A DNA stretch of 64,000 bases. Source: a virus. Position 1 is the first letter of the stretch, and each line of letters starts with the position of its first letter. Shown in pieces: positions 9,658 to 20,160 of the stretch. Below the pieces are notes generated by a model. It saw nothing but the letters and a program-made list of their open reading frames with translations. It was not told where the DNA came from and did no database searches. Position numbers and translations under genes: made by a program. Where the stretch lies: positions 1 to 64,000 of the IMG/VR virus record IMGVR_UViG_3300032516_000009, one strand, 5' to 3'.

Positions 9658-12600
9658 TTAATTCCCTCTTCTTAATAAAAGAGGGACTCTTCGTTCTTTG
9701 GGCATCTGTCCATGCATTCTAGCTCTGATCCTCTGAAATTGGTGATACCCAATCGGATTTTGAGCTTGTCTCTGGGAAGTATGGGTAATGATCGTCGCGT
9801 CCAGAGATCCAGGGTTGTTTCTGGTGTATTCAACGGCCAATGATATGCTACGTACTAGTGCGTCAGATACATCATCATGCTTTCCGGCTATACTCGGAGC
9901 TTCAACAACTGTAATATTCTTACCACCGGATCTCGATTGAAGCTCGAGTAACTCACTAATCATGGGAGAATGAAGTTTCCCTTTTGCGTCAAGTAATTTT
10001 GATTCCGGCAATGGATAGTCATATATTCTAAGTTGCCTGGCATACATCAACATTTTCGCCATTTGATATATTTGGGACGATTCATTAACACTAAAATTCT
10101 TCATTTCAAATTGAGTTAACCCGCTCTTATGCAATTTTTGTTCAAATATTGGACCGGCCCATTGATCAAACACACCCTTCAATATAAAGAATCTTCTAGA
10201 CAATGCAACAAACCAATTAATTATTTCATCTATATCTATTCGCTTAGAACCTTGAAGTTCATCGACATACGGAACAATTGAATTAGTTAAATGAGGATTT
10301 GATTCCTTCCAACTTTTGCCAGCATACCACACTTCATGGTATGCCGTTTCTATTTTGCCATTTTTGATATGGGTTAAAGCTATGGCAGTCCCATCTTTTA
10401 CTATTCCAAAATCAACCCCAGCAAAGAACGGTTCCCGCGGTCTGCCGCTAAATATTGGTTTCAGATTGTATGATATACAATCGGTTAGATCACTATGGTT
10501 TTCTATCCAACCTCTAACCCGATCTGAGAAACTTCCGCCATGTTCAGTATCAAAGGACTTTGGATCTTTGGCATATTCAACTGAATAATATTTATTAAAC
10601 AGAGTAGGATTTATTTCCCATGTTGGAGCCTGAATCATCAACATATTAGAAGATGCTTCATCTTTAGTTAAAGATTGCTGATATAAATTATAGAAAAAAC
10701 CCTCACGCGCGTCTGGTGATGAAATAGAAATAATGCGTCCTTCAGGTGGACCTAATGCAACATGTTTATTATTAGGATCCTTGGGAGAAAATTGTCCTAT
10801 ACCAGGCGTGATAGCCTTATATACACGTTGTGCGCTTGAATTATGATTAGTAAATCCTTGAGCCACATATTGACTCCCGTCAGGGATCATAAGATCGGCG
10901 ACCTCAGCTTCGCTCTCATCAATTGATGTTACCTGATCCCAAAAATAGTTGATATGACAAATTTCATCCAACTCGTCAATCGATTGTTTATCTGCACAAA
11001 GTTCTCTACCAAGTTTTACTATGCGTTGTGCAGAATCATAAGATATGCGACTTCTACGGTTGAAATCAGATGAACTAGAACAAAGTCTTATCATCCTGGT
11101 GCGGGCATCATTTCCTTTCGACAAAGTTTCTGCTTTAGGAATAGATTCTAAAATTTTTCTAAGTCTATCGTATTGATGTGGAATTACATTTGACGCATCC
11201 CGCCCACGCGAACACCCAATGTCCAACAAGTTCCCCTTGCGTTCCGTAATAAACCCAATTTCGTTACGGAATGTAATGCGAGAAGTATAACCAATCACAC
11301 GCACAATGTAGTAATACCGACTGTATTTCTTATTCCACTTATGTAATATACTAGAAGTTATTCCAAAATTTAAAAGCAAAAGTTGTATTTCCGATGCTAG
11401 TTTTCTGCTCGCAGTAGATGCTGTTATCGTGTCGCCTTTCCTCTCCAAGCCGCCATCTGTTTCAAAAAAACCCCTAAGAAATGCTGCTACCACATTCTTA
11501 GGGCTCTTGAATATTACCCATGGCACAGATTTAGTTGATTTTGTTACATTAAGCCGGTAGCCTATACGATTAAGAAAAGCCCTGAATAAAATAGAGTTTT
11601 TAGTCACCATCCATGGAGAAACTTCACATGTGTTGTGTCCATGCGGTGATTTATGACGACAAGCGTATGAACTAAAATACCTTGAAAAATGTGCTTTTAC
11701 ATATGACAAAAATTGTTCACAACCACCAGTAACTTGAATAAGACCACGAGTCTTTCCAGATCTCCATGTTCCATCACCAACTAATATTCCAAGAAATTCA
11801 CCTAATCCAACATCAACATTAGTTGGTATCTTTATTGAATCGCAACTACTGTTACTTATGGGTTTAATATCGGAACAGTCATAGTATTCACCTGGCCACA
11901 AATTAGTTGAACGATTTATACCAATAAAATCACCAAGTTTAATGTTGCTAACATATTTCCAAACAATATTACCATCAGGTGACATAACCTTCAAACGATG
12001 TTCTGGCGTAGGTTCGATCGAATAACGTCTCTTTGTCGTTAGTCTCCTAGTTTTTTGATACCCGCCATAATACACATGAGTTGCAAATGCCAGAACACCA
12101 GATTCCTGTATTACCCTTATGGGATCTATACTAGTCCATCCAATTTTAGATCGATCAACGTGATTATTAGACAGTATTTCTTCAAACGTTGTTAACCCAG
12201 TATTCGTTTGAATATTACTAAACACTTGTTCACATTTGCCGTCGTCTACAAAGAATGCAAGCTCGTCTAGTATGACGCATATTGTTCCACGACCGCGAAG
12301 ACCTTTGGCAATCGAACTCTTGAAAGTAGATATGATCGAAGCTCTGCGTCCTGACCCTTCCCCGTATTTCCTTTTATCATAATCGGTTTGAAACTTCATG
12401 TATGTCTGAGTATCATGAGTGATGGACGATTTAAAATAGTCAACTTGATTGATATATCCAGACATCTCTCCATATACGATAGACGCCTGTTCTTTATCAT
12501 TAGCTATGCATAATACACGGATTTCATTTACTGTTGATATACCATAATGTTCTTGAGGACAACCGCGTCTCAATAACTTATACAATTCATATGCGGCAAT

Positions 12601-12999
12601 TAACGCAGCAAGAGTGGACTTCCCACTACGTCGGCCGAGTACCAGAACTAACTCAAATCTTGATTCAGAATCCTGTTCCTTGATATTGCATCTTCCCTGT
12701 TCATATAAATAACTAAGGTACTCTTTTTCTGTGAATTCATATTCAATTTTATCACTAAATGGATCCCTGATTTTTATGACTTTTGCAACATTATCTAATG
12801 GCAATCCATAGTATAGCTTAAGTATGAATTTTTGCGCCGGAAACAACCCATATGGTAATAAATGAAATCTTTCTATGAATTCAATAATCGTGAGAAAATC
12901 TGGGCTACCGTCCTTATTACGCCGAGATGCCTTCTTATCAAGAAGGTTATCTATAACTCCCGTTAGTTTGCTTTTCTCAACTTTTTCTGTACTCGGCAT
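9658..12999 (-). CDS. terL: Terminase large subunit containing an intein (mature about 648 aa)
   Basis: Walker A GRRSGKS, Walker B ILDE, ISS coupling motif, nuclease GVDFG...D and KHDDVSDA. Confidence 0.92.
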   Translation of the reverse strand: MPSTEKVEKSKLTGVIDNLLDKKASRRNKDGSPDFLTIIEFIERFHLLPYGLFPAQKFILKLYYGLPLDNVAKVIKIRDPFSDKIEYEFTEKEYLSYLYEQGRCNIKEQDSESRFELVLVLGRRSGKSTLAALIAAYELYKLLRRGCPQEHYGISTVNEIRVLCIANDKEQASIVYGEMSGYINQVDYFKSSITHDTQTYMKFQTDYDKRKYGEGSGRRASIISTFKSSIAKGLRGRGTICVILDELAFFVDDGKCEQVFSNIQTNTGLTTFEEILSNNHVDRSKIGWTSIDPIRVIQESGVLAFATHVYYGGYQKTRRLTTKRRYSIEPTPEHRLKVMSPDGNIVWKYVSNIKLGDFIGINRSTNLWPGEYYDCSDIKPISNSSCDSIKIPTNVDVGLGEFLGILVGDGTWRSGKTRGLIQVTGGCEQFLSYVKAHFSRYFSSYACRHKSPHGHNTCEVSPWMVTKNSILFRAFLNRIGYRLNVTKSTKSVPWVIFKSPKNVVAAFLRGFFETDGGLERKGDTITASTASRKLASEIQLLLLNFGITSSILHKWNKKYSRYYYIVRVIGYTSRITFRNEIGFITERKGNLLDIGCSRGRDASNVIPHQYDRLRKILESIPKAETLSKGNDARTRMIRLCSSSSDFNRRSRISYDSAQRIVKLGRELCADKQSIDELDEICHINYFWDQVTSIDESEAEVADLMIPDGSQYVAQGFTNHNSSAQRVYKAITPGIGQFSPKDPNNKHVALGPPEGRIISISSPDAREGFFYNLYQQSLTKDEASSNMLMIQAPTWEINPTLFNKYYSVEYAKDPKSFDTEHGGSFSDRVRGWIENHSDLTDCISYNLKPIFSGRPREPFFAGVDFGIVKDGTAIALTHIKNGKIETAYHEVWYAGKSWKESNPHLTNSIVPYVDELQGSKRIDIDEIINWFVALSRRFFILKGVFDQWAGPIFEQKLHKSGLTQFEMKNFSVNESSQIYQMAKMLMYARQLRIYDYPLPESKLLDAKGKLHSPMISELLELQSRSGGKNITVVEAPSIAGKHDDVSDALVRSISLAVEYTRNNPGSLDATIITHTSQRQAQNPIGYHQFQRIRARMHGQMPKERRVPLLLRRGN
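10840..12234 (-). mobile_element. Intein in TerL (465 aa, LAGLIDADG endonuclease)
   Basis: DDGK|CEQV...TPEH...LGILVGDG...LRGFFETDG...VADL...TNHN|S. Confidence 0.9.
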
Positions 13000-13586
13000 T
13001 ATACCGTTTCCATCCTCTTTTCCCAGTCTCTCATGTCAGCTTTCATCTGCTGGAACACCAAATCTATTAAATGATCTGGGATCTGACATTTAACCATAGA
13101 TTCATGAAAAAATTCCATCCAAATTTCAAATATCTTTTGTATTCTGGGAGATCTAAGATCAAGTCTCTCAGCAAGAGCAGCTTCCTTCCGTTTCAATAGA
13201 AGTTCAGCCATACTCCTAAGACTATTGATCCTCGATACCGTGTAATTCGCGGTATTCTTTCCCTCTTTTGCCGCTTTTCTCCGTTCAAATTTTAGATGTG
13301 ATACTTCTTCAGCTATTTCAACAAGTACCGCATCGATAACAGCGGCAGTCGATCCATCCTCTTTAACTACTTTAAGTAACTCTTGTTTCTTGACATATTT
13401 AATACGTTCTTTTACTTCCTCAGCAACTGAAATAGGATCTATTATTTCCGGAGTGGGTACATTACCAACTTGTCCTATTATACTGTCTACCCCTATTTCC
13501 CCAGTATTTATCCTGTCTCCGGATGGAAGTGTTATAATTTTTCCTTCCTTCTTATTTGAAGAGTCTGGATCCTTGGGTATATCCAT
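12999..13586 (-). CDS. Probable terminase small subunit
   Basis: 195 aa, helical; overlaps the terL start by 1 nt. Confidence 0.5.
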   Translation of the reverse strand: MDIPKDPDSSNKKEGKIITLPSGDRINTGEIGVDSIIGQVGNVPTPEIIDPISVAEEVKERIKYVKKQELLKVVKEDGSTAAVIDAVLVEIAEEVSHLKFERRKAAKEGKNTANYTVSRINSLRSMAELLLKRKEAALAERLDLRSPRIQKIFEIWMEFFHESMVKCQIPDHLIDLVFQQMKADMRDWEKRMETV

Positions 13587-13627
13587 ATATGAGAGATCCT
13601 GTCTCTCATAAACAATACTATTTATAG

Positions 13628-15559
13628 TTATTTACGACTATCAATTGTAATATCTGGACCAGCGGCTTTGGCCCCATTCAAATCAATCGGTAGTTCTGAA
13701 GCTAATTCATATTTCACAACAGGGTCCTCGACAGGAGCCCGTTGAATGTTCATCGATGCTTTTCTGAGTTCGATGGCTTGTTCCCTGACTTCGTCAGGTA
13801 TTTGTCTAATCATTCTCTTCGAATATCTATTGCACCAACTTGGTGCTGTTTGGTGAAGGCACCCGGTGCACGCCGATGCTACTAATAGATATTGGGCCCC
13901 CTTCTTCCTAAATTGTTTTGATCCAGCCAGGCATCCTTTGCCATAATCAGAATAAACAGACGGATCAATAAAGAAAATTCCCTGAATACCATCATTTGAA
14001 GCTAATTGATGTCCAACTTCAGGTACTTTTCTCAAATCCTCCCGAGAGTATTTTTGCAATACTGCCATTTGTAAAGCTTTTCCGTATAAGCCGGTATTCA
14101 TTGTCCTTGATATGAATAACCAAACCTCCTCTGGATTAACCTGTGTTGCAGTTGTTTCTCTACCGGGGTCCCCATAATGGATGGACGCTTTGGGGGCTAA
14201 TGGAACTTGAATCGGTTTCTGAGAGACAGCCGGCTTAAATAAATTAACTTGTGCAGTCAATTTCTTCCAATCTGCATCCTGCGGTAGATTCGATATTACT
14301 GATTCAAATTGAGATGCAGAAACCCTTTTTTCATGCACAGCTCGCTTACAAGCTGCGACGAACGCCTCTTTCTCAATCGGGATGATATAATTGACTACCG
14401 GAGCAATCTGAGCTAATTCAGCATACGCGGGTGCATTACCAACAGAGGCTCTGGCTAAGAAATAATTTGGAGATAATTTTCTGTTATTGGTGAAATTTAA
14501 TGCTGCTTTACATCCGCCCAAAGCATCGACATCTATATATGTGTGCCCAATAATTCCAAATTCTTTTGATAATTTCTGAATTTCTGGATCAGAGGATGCA
14601 GATATACTACGATGATCTACCTTCCCTTCCATCATCTTCTTGGCAATCAACAGATATGTAGGACTAGGAAGTTTGTCTGCTTTATTAGCAATGGCATTTC
14701 TAGTCCAATATGAAAGGTATTCTTCCTCACCAATAGTTGGTTTGATTGGAGTGGGATGGTGTTGAATAGTATTCGGTGCGGTCTCCCGAGTCCTTGGTTT
14801 ATTTAGAAAAGATGCTTGTAGAATCTGGCGAATTTCTGATTGATCCCGATCCATGTCGGTTAAAAATTGTGAATCTATTCTTGATTCACTAGCCAGCCTA
14901 GTGGCATAATGAGCAAACATTTTCTTATTATACGGAACTGAATTCACCAGATACTTCTTAAATATGCCACATTTATTCTGCTTATTGTGGATGCATCCAA
15001 CGCAGGCTTGTTTAGCTATAACAAATACAGCATTTTTAGCTGTCTTATCTACAAATTGTTGAATTTTACCACCTTGGGCACATCTGGCGAAGTTCTCTGA
15101 ATTTATGTAGACATTTCCAAGTAACCCTCTTTCATTTAATACTTCATCTACTATGGGTTGAGCAGCAGTAAGAGTCTTGGGATCAAATTCATTCTGCAGA
15201 TTTGCTTGAATTTGTTTCGACGTAAAACCCGACATCACATAGGCAGCGACTCTATCTTTGATTGCAGTTAAAGCAGTTGGTCTAAAAGAGGGGGCATTGC
15301 GCTCCAATGGGTTAGAATTAACGATATTATAGGGCTTCAGTGGTACTAACGAGGGAACTCTCTCATCCCCTTCCTGAGAGAGAGCTGCAGATAATTCTGG
15401 AATACTATCCAAATTTTGCTGGGGAAGTGCCTCCGCTTTCCGATACTCCTCTACATCAACATCGAGCCAAGAATAATCAGAAATCGGTCCTTGATTATGG
15501 AGAATATTCGTAATATCCCCGAGACCGGCCTGTTGCATATCGGGAAGCTGCTTAGCCAT
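13628..15559 (-). CDS. Putative virion protein with three internal repeats and Cys clusters
   Basis: Repeats ERGLLGNVYI / EFGIIGHTYI / NDGIQGIFFI; two CxxC..C clusters. Confidence 0.55.
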   Translation of the reverse strand: MAKQLPDMQQAGLGDITNILHNQGPISDYSWLDVDVEEYRKAEALPQQNLDSIPELSAALSQEGDERVPSLVPLKPYNIVNSNPLERNAPSFRPTALTAIKDRVAAYVMSGFTSKQIQANLQNEFDPKTLTAAQPIVDEVLNERGLLGNVYINSENFARCAQGGKIQQFVDKTAKNAVFVIAKQACVGCIHNKQNKCGIFKKYLVNSVPYNKKMFAHYATRLASESRIDSQFLTDMDRDQSEIRQILQASFLNKPRTRETAPNTIQHHPTPIKPTIGEEEYLSYWTRNAIANKADKLPSPTYLLIAKKMMEGKVDHRSISASSDPEIQKLSKEFGIIGHTYIDVDALGGCKAALNFTNNRKLSPNYFLARASVGNAPAYAELAQIAPVVNYIIPIEKEAFVAACKRAVHEKRVSASQFESVISNLPQDADWKKLTAQVNLFKPAVSQKPIQVPLAPKASIHYGDPGRETTATQVNPEEVWLFISRTMNTGLYGKALQMAVLQKYSREDLRKVPEVGHQLASNDGIQGIFFIDPSVYSDYGKGCLAGSKQFRKKGAQYLLVASACTGCLHQTAPSWCNRYSKRMIRQIPDEVREQAIELRKASMNIQRAPVEDPVVKYELASELPIDLNGAKAAGPDITIDSRK

Positions 15560-16583
15560 TAACCTTCTCCAATTTCCTAATTACCCAAGAAAGACGAGAA
15601 GCGCATCGTCTGAGTACTATAGCCTCGTCGGATTCATAATTACGCTGACAAGCGATGTGAAGAATCCGTTCCTTCGTTTTCTTTAAGTTTGTGTCTGAAG
15701 CTTGTTTAGTAACTGGGAACTGATCTAACACATCAGCAATAGTTATCTTATGACGGAGTTTCAAACAACGGATGATATCCGAAGCCAAATACTGTCTATC
15801 ACCGAGTCCCTCATCCTGAAGGAAAGCTGTGATACAACGTCTAGTTATGTTAGTTTTTCCACATTTCCGTATGAACGCAGAGGTTAATTCGCCAACCAGG
15901 TCAAGATCAACAGCTGTTTGATGCATGTTCCGTCTCCTTATAATACCATCAGACGCCATAGTGTATCCACCATGACCTGGTTCGTTCGTTTTCTTGTAAT
16001 CCGCATTTTCTTTAAAATCTTCAGTCGGAAATCCCGTTGGAACAGATTGATCCTGAATAGTAAATCCAGACCAAAAATTCCCTAGAGCCCCGAGCCAGTC
16101 ATCCATCAAGGCACTATGCGATGGTTGATTTGGTAAAGATTCGCTTGCATACGCTCCAGTGTCCTCATCAGGCCATAAATCATCAAATGATTTTGACTTC
16201 CCCAGCTTCATATCATCATAATAATCAGATCTGGCTGATACATTATCTTCATCGGTTGGTAATTCACTCTTTGCAACGGACGGAACTGGATTAGTTTTAG
16301 TGTCGTCTTCCATACGCCTTCTGGTAGGCGGACGTTCAGGATCTCCAGGGAGTTCAGCAGAGGCGTGTTTTCCTTGCGATGTGTATGACTGAGGGTATCC
16401 TAATAATCTATCCGGCCCGAATGGATCTAATGGACCACCGTTATCCGGCAAACTTTTCCCCGAATTACGTTCTTCGTCGTCCTCGCCATGCAAGTCCGAA
16501 TCACTTTGTCCATCATATGTGCCTATTCCAAAGTCTTTTACCGCTTTGGACTGGGCCGACTCCGTTGGCATGAGAGATGGCAT
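15552..16583 (-). CDS. Acidic putative virion protein
   Basis: 343 aa; translationally coupled to both neighbours. Confidence 0.5.
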   Translation of the reverse strand: MPSLMPTESAQSKAVKDFGIGTYDGQSDSDLHGEDDEERNSGKSLPDNGGPLDPFGPDRLLGYPQSYTSQGKHASAELPGDPERPPTRRRMEDDTKTNPVPSVAKSELPTDEDNVSARSDYYDDMKLGKSKSFDDLWPDEDTGAYASESLPNQPSHSALMDDWLGALGNFWSGFTIQDQSVPTGFPTEDFKENADYKKTNEPGHGGYTMASDGIIRRRNMHQTAVDLDLVGELTSAFIRKCGKTNITRRCITAFLQDEGLGDRQYLASDIIRCLKLRHKITIADVLDQFPVTKQASDTNLKKTKERILHIACQRNYESDEAIVLRRCASRLSWVIRKLEKVNG

Positions 16584-17869
16584 TAGATATCAATCTCCCA
16601 TAACGGATCCATAGTTGGTCGTTTTGGTTTTTCTCTTAACCCATCCGGCAATTCGGGTTTATTATGAGCTTTCATCCATTGAATATCAGCGTCCGATAAT
16701 CCACGAGCATAGTAATCCAGATTCTTTTCATTATTGGACCCTGGGAGCCATGAATAATTATTACTATTGAGATCAGCAACTCTAGCACTCATTTTATGAA
16801 TACTGGACCATTGCTGCTTGTATACTGAGCTGTCCCCCAAATTTGGAGGATATGAATCAGTTACTCCATCCGCATTAGCTTCCTCTCCTTCATATATTCT
16901 ATCGTATTGAGAAAAACCTTCACCTATTGGATCATCAGATGGACGTTCGTTTAACTCTGTCATGTACCCAGGATCTTCCGATCCCTCTCCAGGACCGAGA
17001 TGCTGGACTCTAGGACCAGGAAGTGTATTAGTATCTATCGCCCCAGTAGCAACTCTATTTTTTAGCTTATCCACCGCTCGCTTAATTACACTTGAGTAAC
17101 TACCATGATCAGGAGTCACTGTATGCATAGCCATTTCAGATGGCGTCTTTCCAAAGTAATAATCATTCGCATCAGTTTCTGGCAATTTAGAAGCCGGTTC
17201 CGGGGTTGATACCGGCTCTTCCTCGTATGCTTCAGATGGCTTTTTCTTTTTAAGAGCTGATTGCTTTCCCCATCCAACCCCAATATTATCATCTTCGTCA
17301 GCGTCTTCTTCTTTCCCAGGGGATACCACCTGAGGATTCATTTCTCCGGCGTCAGGATTTATGACTTCACTAAACTCTCCATCTTTCTTAGGAGAAGTTT
17401 TTTCAAATTCTTGCTGTACGTATCCTTCAGGATTTGCTTTGACTTCTTGAGCTTCTTCTACAATTTCCTCGGTATCGGATTTATTCGATACAGTGGCCCA
17501 ATGATCTGCATTTATTTCGTCATGCAATGTGTCAGTAAATGATGAAATGAATTCAACTGCCTGGCTCAAGCCAGTACGCATGTCCTTAATGGTTTGGATG
17601 TATCCTCTACCACCCAATAATCCATCAGGACTGAATTCCGATGACGGCATTTTTGAAAATAATCTCAAAGACGCCATCGCATAACTATGGGCTCGTTCAG
17701 TGGCCCATAGTATTTTAGCTAAATTTGTAAGGGTATTAGGGTCCCACTTAAATTTTGTAACACGTAGATCTCGGCGTGGCGGTCCCGAGTCTTTATGAAA
17801 GGTGATCTCTCCGGCCGTTTTGATTCTACCGGTCTGGATCATACGGGTAGCTATTTTATGTAGATTCAT
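16583..17869 (-). CDS. Putative internal head protein (likely start MNLHKIA)
   Basis: Acidic, disordered C-terminal half; KIA/KTA/RVA motifs. Confidence 0.5.
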   Translation of the reverse strand: MNLHKIATRMIQTGRIKTAGEITFHKDSGPPRRDLRVTKFKWDPNTLTNLAKILWATERAHSYAMASLRLFSKMPSSEFSPDGLLGGRGYIQTIKDMRTGLSQAVEFISSFTDTLHDEINADHWATVSNKSDTEEIVEEAQEVKANPEGYVQQEFEKTSPKKDGEFSEVINPDAGEMNPQVVSPGKEEDADEDDNIGVGWGKQSALKKKKPSEAYEEEPVSTPEPASKLPETDANDYYFGKTPSEMAMHTVTPDHGSYSSVIKRAVDKLKNRVATGAIDTNTLPGPRVQHLGPGEGSEDPGYMTELNERPSDDPIGEGFSQYDRIYEGEEANADGVTDSYPPNLGDSSVYKQQWSSIHKMSARVADLNSNNYSWLPGSNNEKNLDYYARGLSDADIQWMKAHNKPELPDGLREKPKRPTMDPLWEIDI

Positions 17870-17937
17870 GCGGCTTCTTCTCTTCCAAATGTGTGCAAAC
17901 AAATTCCATTGTGAATAAATTTGCTATAGTCACCATT

Positions 17938-18216
17938 TTAACTCTCTCTTATAGGTCCATCATCGTCACATACTAAACGTTCAATGTAATCCCCTTCATC
18001 ATCCCTGCCCAATTTCCAAAAATCTTGTTTTGATAGTCTGACTAGTTGATCATCAGAAATAAATTCAAATCCGGACAATTGATTTAAATCAGCTATTCTT
18101 ATCTTACCACCCGTCCTAAATTTCATGGTACTGGTAGCGATCCGGGATCGAGGATTGAAAAATTCATCGATCGAACTTGAAGAGAAACGAATATCTTCAA
18201 TCTTTAGATCACTCAT
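17938..18216 (-). CDS. Hypothetical virion-module protein
   Basis: 92 aa; strong GAGG/AGGA SD. Confidence 0.55.
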   Translation of the reverse strand: MSDLKIEDIRFSSSSIDEFFNPRSRIATSTMKFRTGGKIRIADLNQLSGFEFISDDQLVRLSKQDFWKLGRDDEGDYIERLVCDDDGPIRES

Positions 18217-18259
18217 ATCCTATCCTCAATTTGATATTTTTAACAACAAGCCTATGATT

Positions 18260-19165
18260 TTACGGCATGACTATCAAAGATATGTCAACATCTACCGGAG
18301 AATTTGAAGCGTTCCTTGAAATAATCCTCAATTTATCTGTATAAGTACCTGGCAACAACCCATTAGCACCCGATGTTACAACAGATAATGTAATTATTTC
18401 AGTTTGGGCTGGAGCTAACGGCCCGCCACTCACAGGAGTCAAAGTAAACCATGGTGAATTATTGACTTTGATTAGAGAAAACTCCAGTGAGGATAGTACC
18501 GGTCCAATGTTGGAAATAGTCAGTTGCTGGGACCCTCCAGGAACCCCTGTAGAAGCCATGAACGATAGAGTGATAGCGGAAGGGGAATAACCAATAATCG
18601 GCCTGGGTAATACCGTGACACTAATCGTAAAGGGCATATTGGTAGGCGGAACTCTATTGTCCTGAAGGTTTACTACCCCGGAATACGGAGAATCAGCGGA
18701 TAATAGGGTTGCAGAAAGCAGAGAGATATCAAAGGTGGCTCTTTCATTCTTACCTATATCTTGGTACGATGATGGGGATACGCCGAGCCACGCGGCCCCA
18801 GGAGTGGCCACAACAGCCATGAAGGAGCCAAATGCCCCACCATTATATACAGATGCCTCCCCGATTTCTGAATTGGGATCCCCCTCAGTTATTACAATAG
18901 AGAAAGAAGTAGACCCCCGGGCCAATATCATATGAGGAGCGAATTGGGCCTGAACATCCACTATGCTAGCTGCCATCGCCGCCACTATATCCCCAGGCAA
19001 CGGGATAGCAGCAACAGTCAGAGGACCATATGGAGTCATCACGTCGATGACCTCATACAGCTGTCCGGCAACCCTCAGATTGTTAGCCCGAACCTTCCAG
19101 GACCAAGTACCTCCTACAGAAGATTGACTAAATTCTATACTGGTTCCGGATATTACTGTAGCCAT
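18260..19165 (-). CDS. Ig-like/BACON-domain virion surface protein
   Basis: Two beta-sandwich repeats (WLGVSPSS, WFTLTPVSG; LTISNIG; GTYTDKLRI; ASNSPVDVDISL). Confidence 0.7.
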   Translation of the reverse strand: MATVISGTSIEFSQSSVGGTWSWKVRANNLRVAGQLYEVIDVMTPYGPLTVAAIPLPGDIVAAMAASIVDVQAQFAPHMILARGSTSFSIVITEGDPNSEIGEASVYNGGAFGSFMAVVATPGAAWLGVSPSSYQDIGKNERATFDISLLSATLLSADSPYSGVVNLQDNRVPPTNMPFTISVTVLPRPIIGYSPSAITLSFMASTGVPGGSQQLTISNIGPVLSSLEFSLIKVNNSPWFTLTPVSGGPLAPAQTEIITLSVVTSGANGLLPGTYTDKLRIISRNASNSPVDVDISLIVMP

Positions 19166-19252
19166 AGCTACAGATGACTAAGTATTAAAGAGGCAAAATC
19201 ATTTGGCAATAAATCGTCCAGTGTTTCACACTAGAAACATCCTGCAAAAACT

Positions 19253-19516
19253 TCAACTTTCTTGGACAGAATATACCGTGCAATCCTCAGAAGAATGTAT
19301 GTAATCGTCCTCATTCCATTGCATTCCACATTCTTTACAATGATATTTGAATACGGGCTCATGCGAGAATGCCTTTCGAGCAATTCCTGTGTAGTCAAGT
19401 TTTCTTATCGGAGCGACCATGGCCTCAGCAAGTTTAATTCTGCTCGCTGAGTTTAAATACTCAGATATTAATTTTCCTTTTAATTTATCATCAATTTCGA
19501 TACCGTTAAACTTCAT
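19253..19516 (-). CDS. Small protein: capsid-N-terminus-like segment plus CxxC-H-C module
   Basis: LISEYLNSASRIKLAEAMVAPIRKLDYTGIARKAF + CKECG..W..H..C; paralogue of 19513. Confidence 0.65.
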   Translation of the reverse strand: MKFNGIEIDDKLKGKLISEYLNSASRIKLAEAMVAPIRKLDYTGIARKAFSHEPVFKYHCKECGMQWNEDDYIHSSEDCTVYSVQES

Positions 19517-19743
19517 ATGTCCATTACAAAGTATACGCTACATTCTTCTGTAGAATGTTTATATCCTTTATCGTTCCATCCCATACCGCATTCTTCGCAA
19601 ATATACCTATACGGGTAATCCACGCGAGGACCACGGATAGGTTGAACCATAGCTTGAGCCAATTTCATTCTACCTTCTTTAGTCTTCAACGCATTCCTTA
19701 TTAATTCAACCTTCTCCTCGTTAGTCATGTCATCATTACCCAA
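19513..19743 (-). CDS. Small protein: capsid-N-terminus-like segment plus CxxC-H-C module (start may be MTNEEK)
   Basis: KVELIRNALKTKEGRMKLAQAMVQPIR..DY + CEECG..W..H..C. Confidence 0.65.
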   Translation of the reverse strand: MGNDDMTNEEKVELIRNALKTKEGRMKLAQAMVQPIRGPRVDYPYRYICEECGMGWNDKGYKHSTEECSVYFVMDI

Positions 19744-20156
19744 TCAACCTTATGTAGATCACAATCTAATTTGGTGTGCACTAAGTGAGAGTCCCAGTTT
19801 GTGTACCCACAATCTGTACAATGGAAACCTATTTTAATGGGTTTCGCAGCAAATAAATCATCAGGTAACAACCAACCTTCCACTGGTAAACAATAACCAA
19901 CAGGAATATATTTGGAAAAGAGGATGCTGATACCGAAAAGGGTCCCGAGCAACCCTATTTGAGTTAACTCTGCATGAGTGTTTATATCAAATGCGTCATG
20001 TATCATGCATATTTGTATTGCATAGGCATCGGCCGGATTGAAATAAATAGCAATGGGCCCCCATTTACCACCATCAGACCTGCGTGAGAAATGTGAGTAT
20101 TTCTCACGCATTTTAATTATAAATTCAGTAATATTTTTGCGAGTTGCTCCGCTCAT
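19725..20156 (-). CDS. Small protein: capsid-C-terminal-like segment plus CxxC-H-C module
   Basis: IYFNPADAYAI...FDINTHAELTQIGLLGTLFGISILFSKYIPVG + CTDCG..W..H..C. Confidence 0.6.
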   Translation of the reverse strand: MSGATRKNITEFIIKMREKYSHFSRRSDGGKWGPIAIYFNPADAYAIQICMIHDAFDINTHAELTQIGLLGTLFGISILFSKYIPVGYCLPVEGWLLPDDLFAAKPIKIGFHCTDCGYTNWDSHLVHTKLDCDLHKVDWVMMT

Positions 20157-20160
20157 AAAT

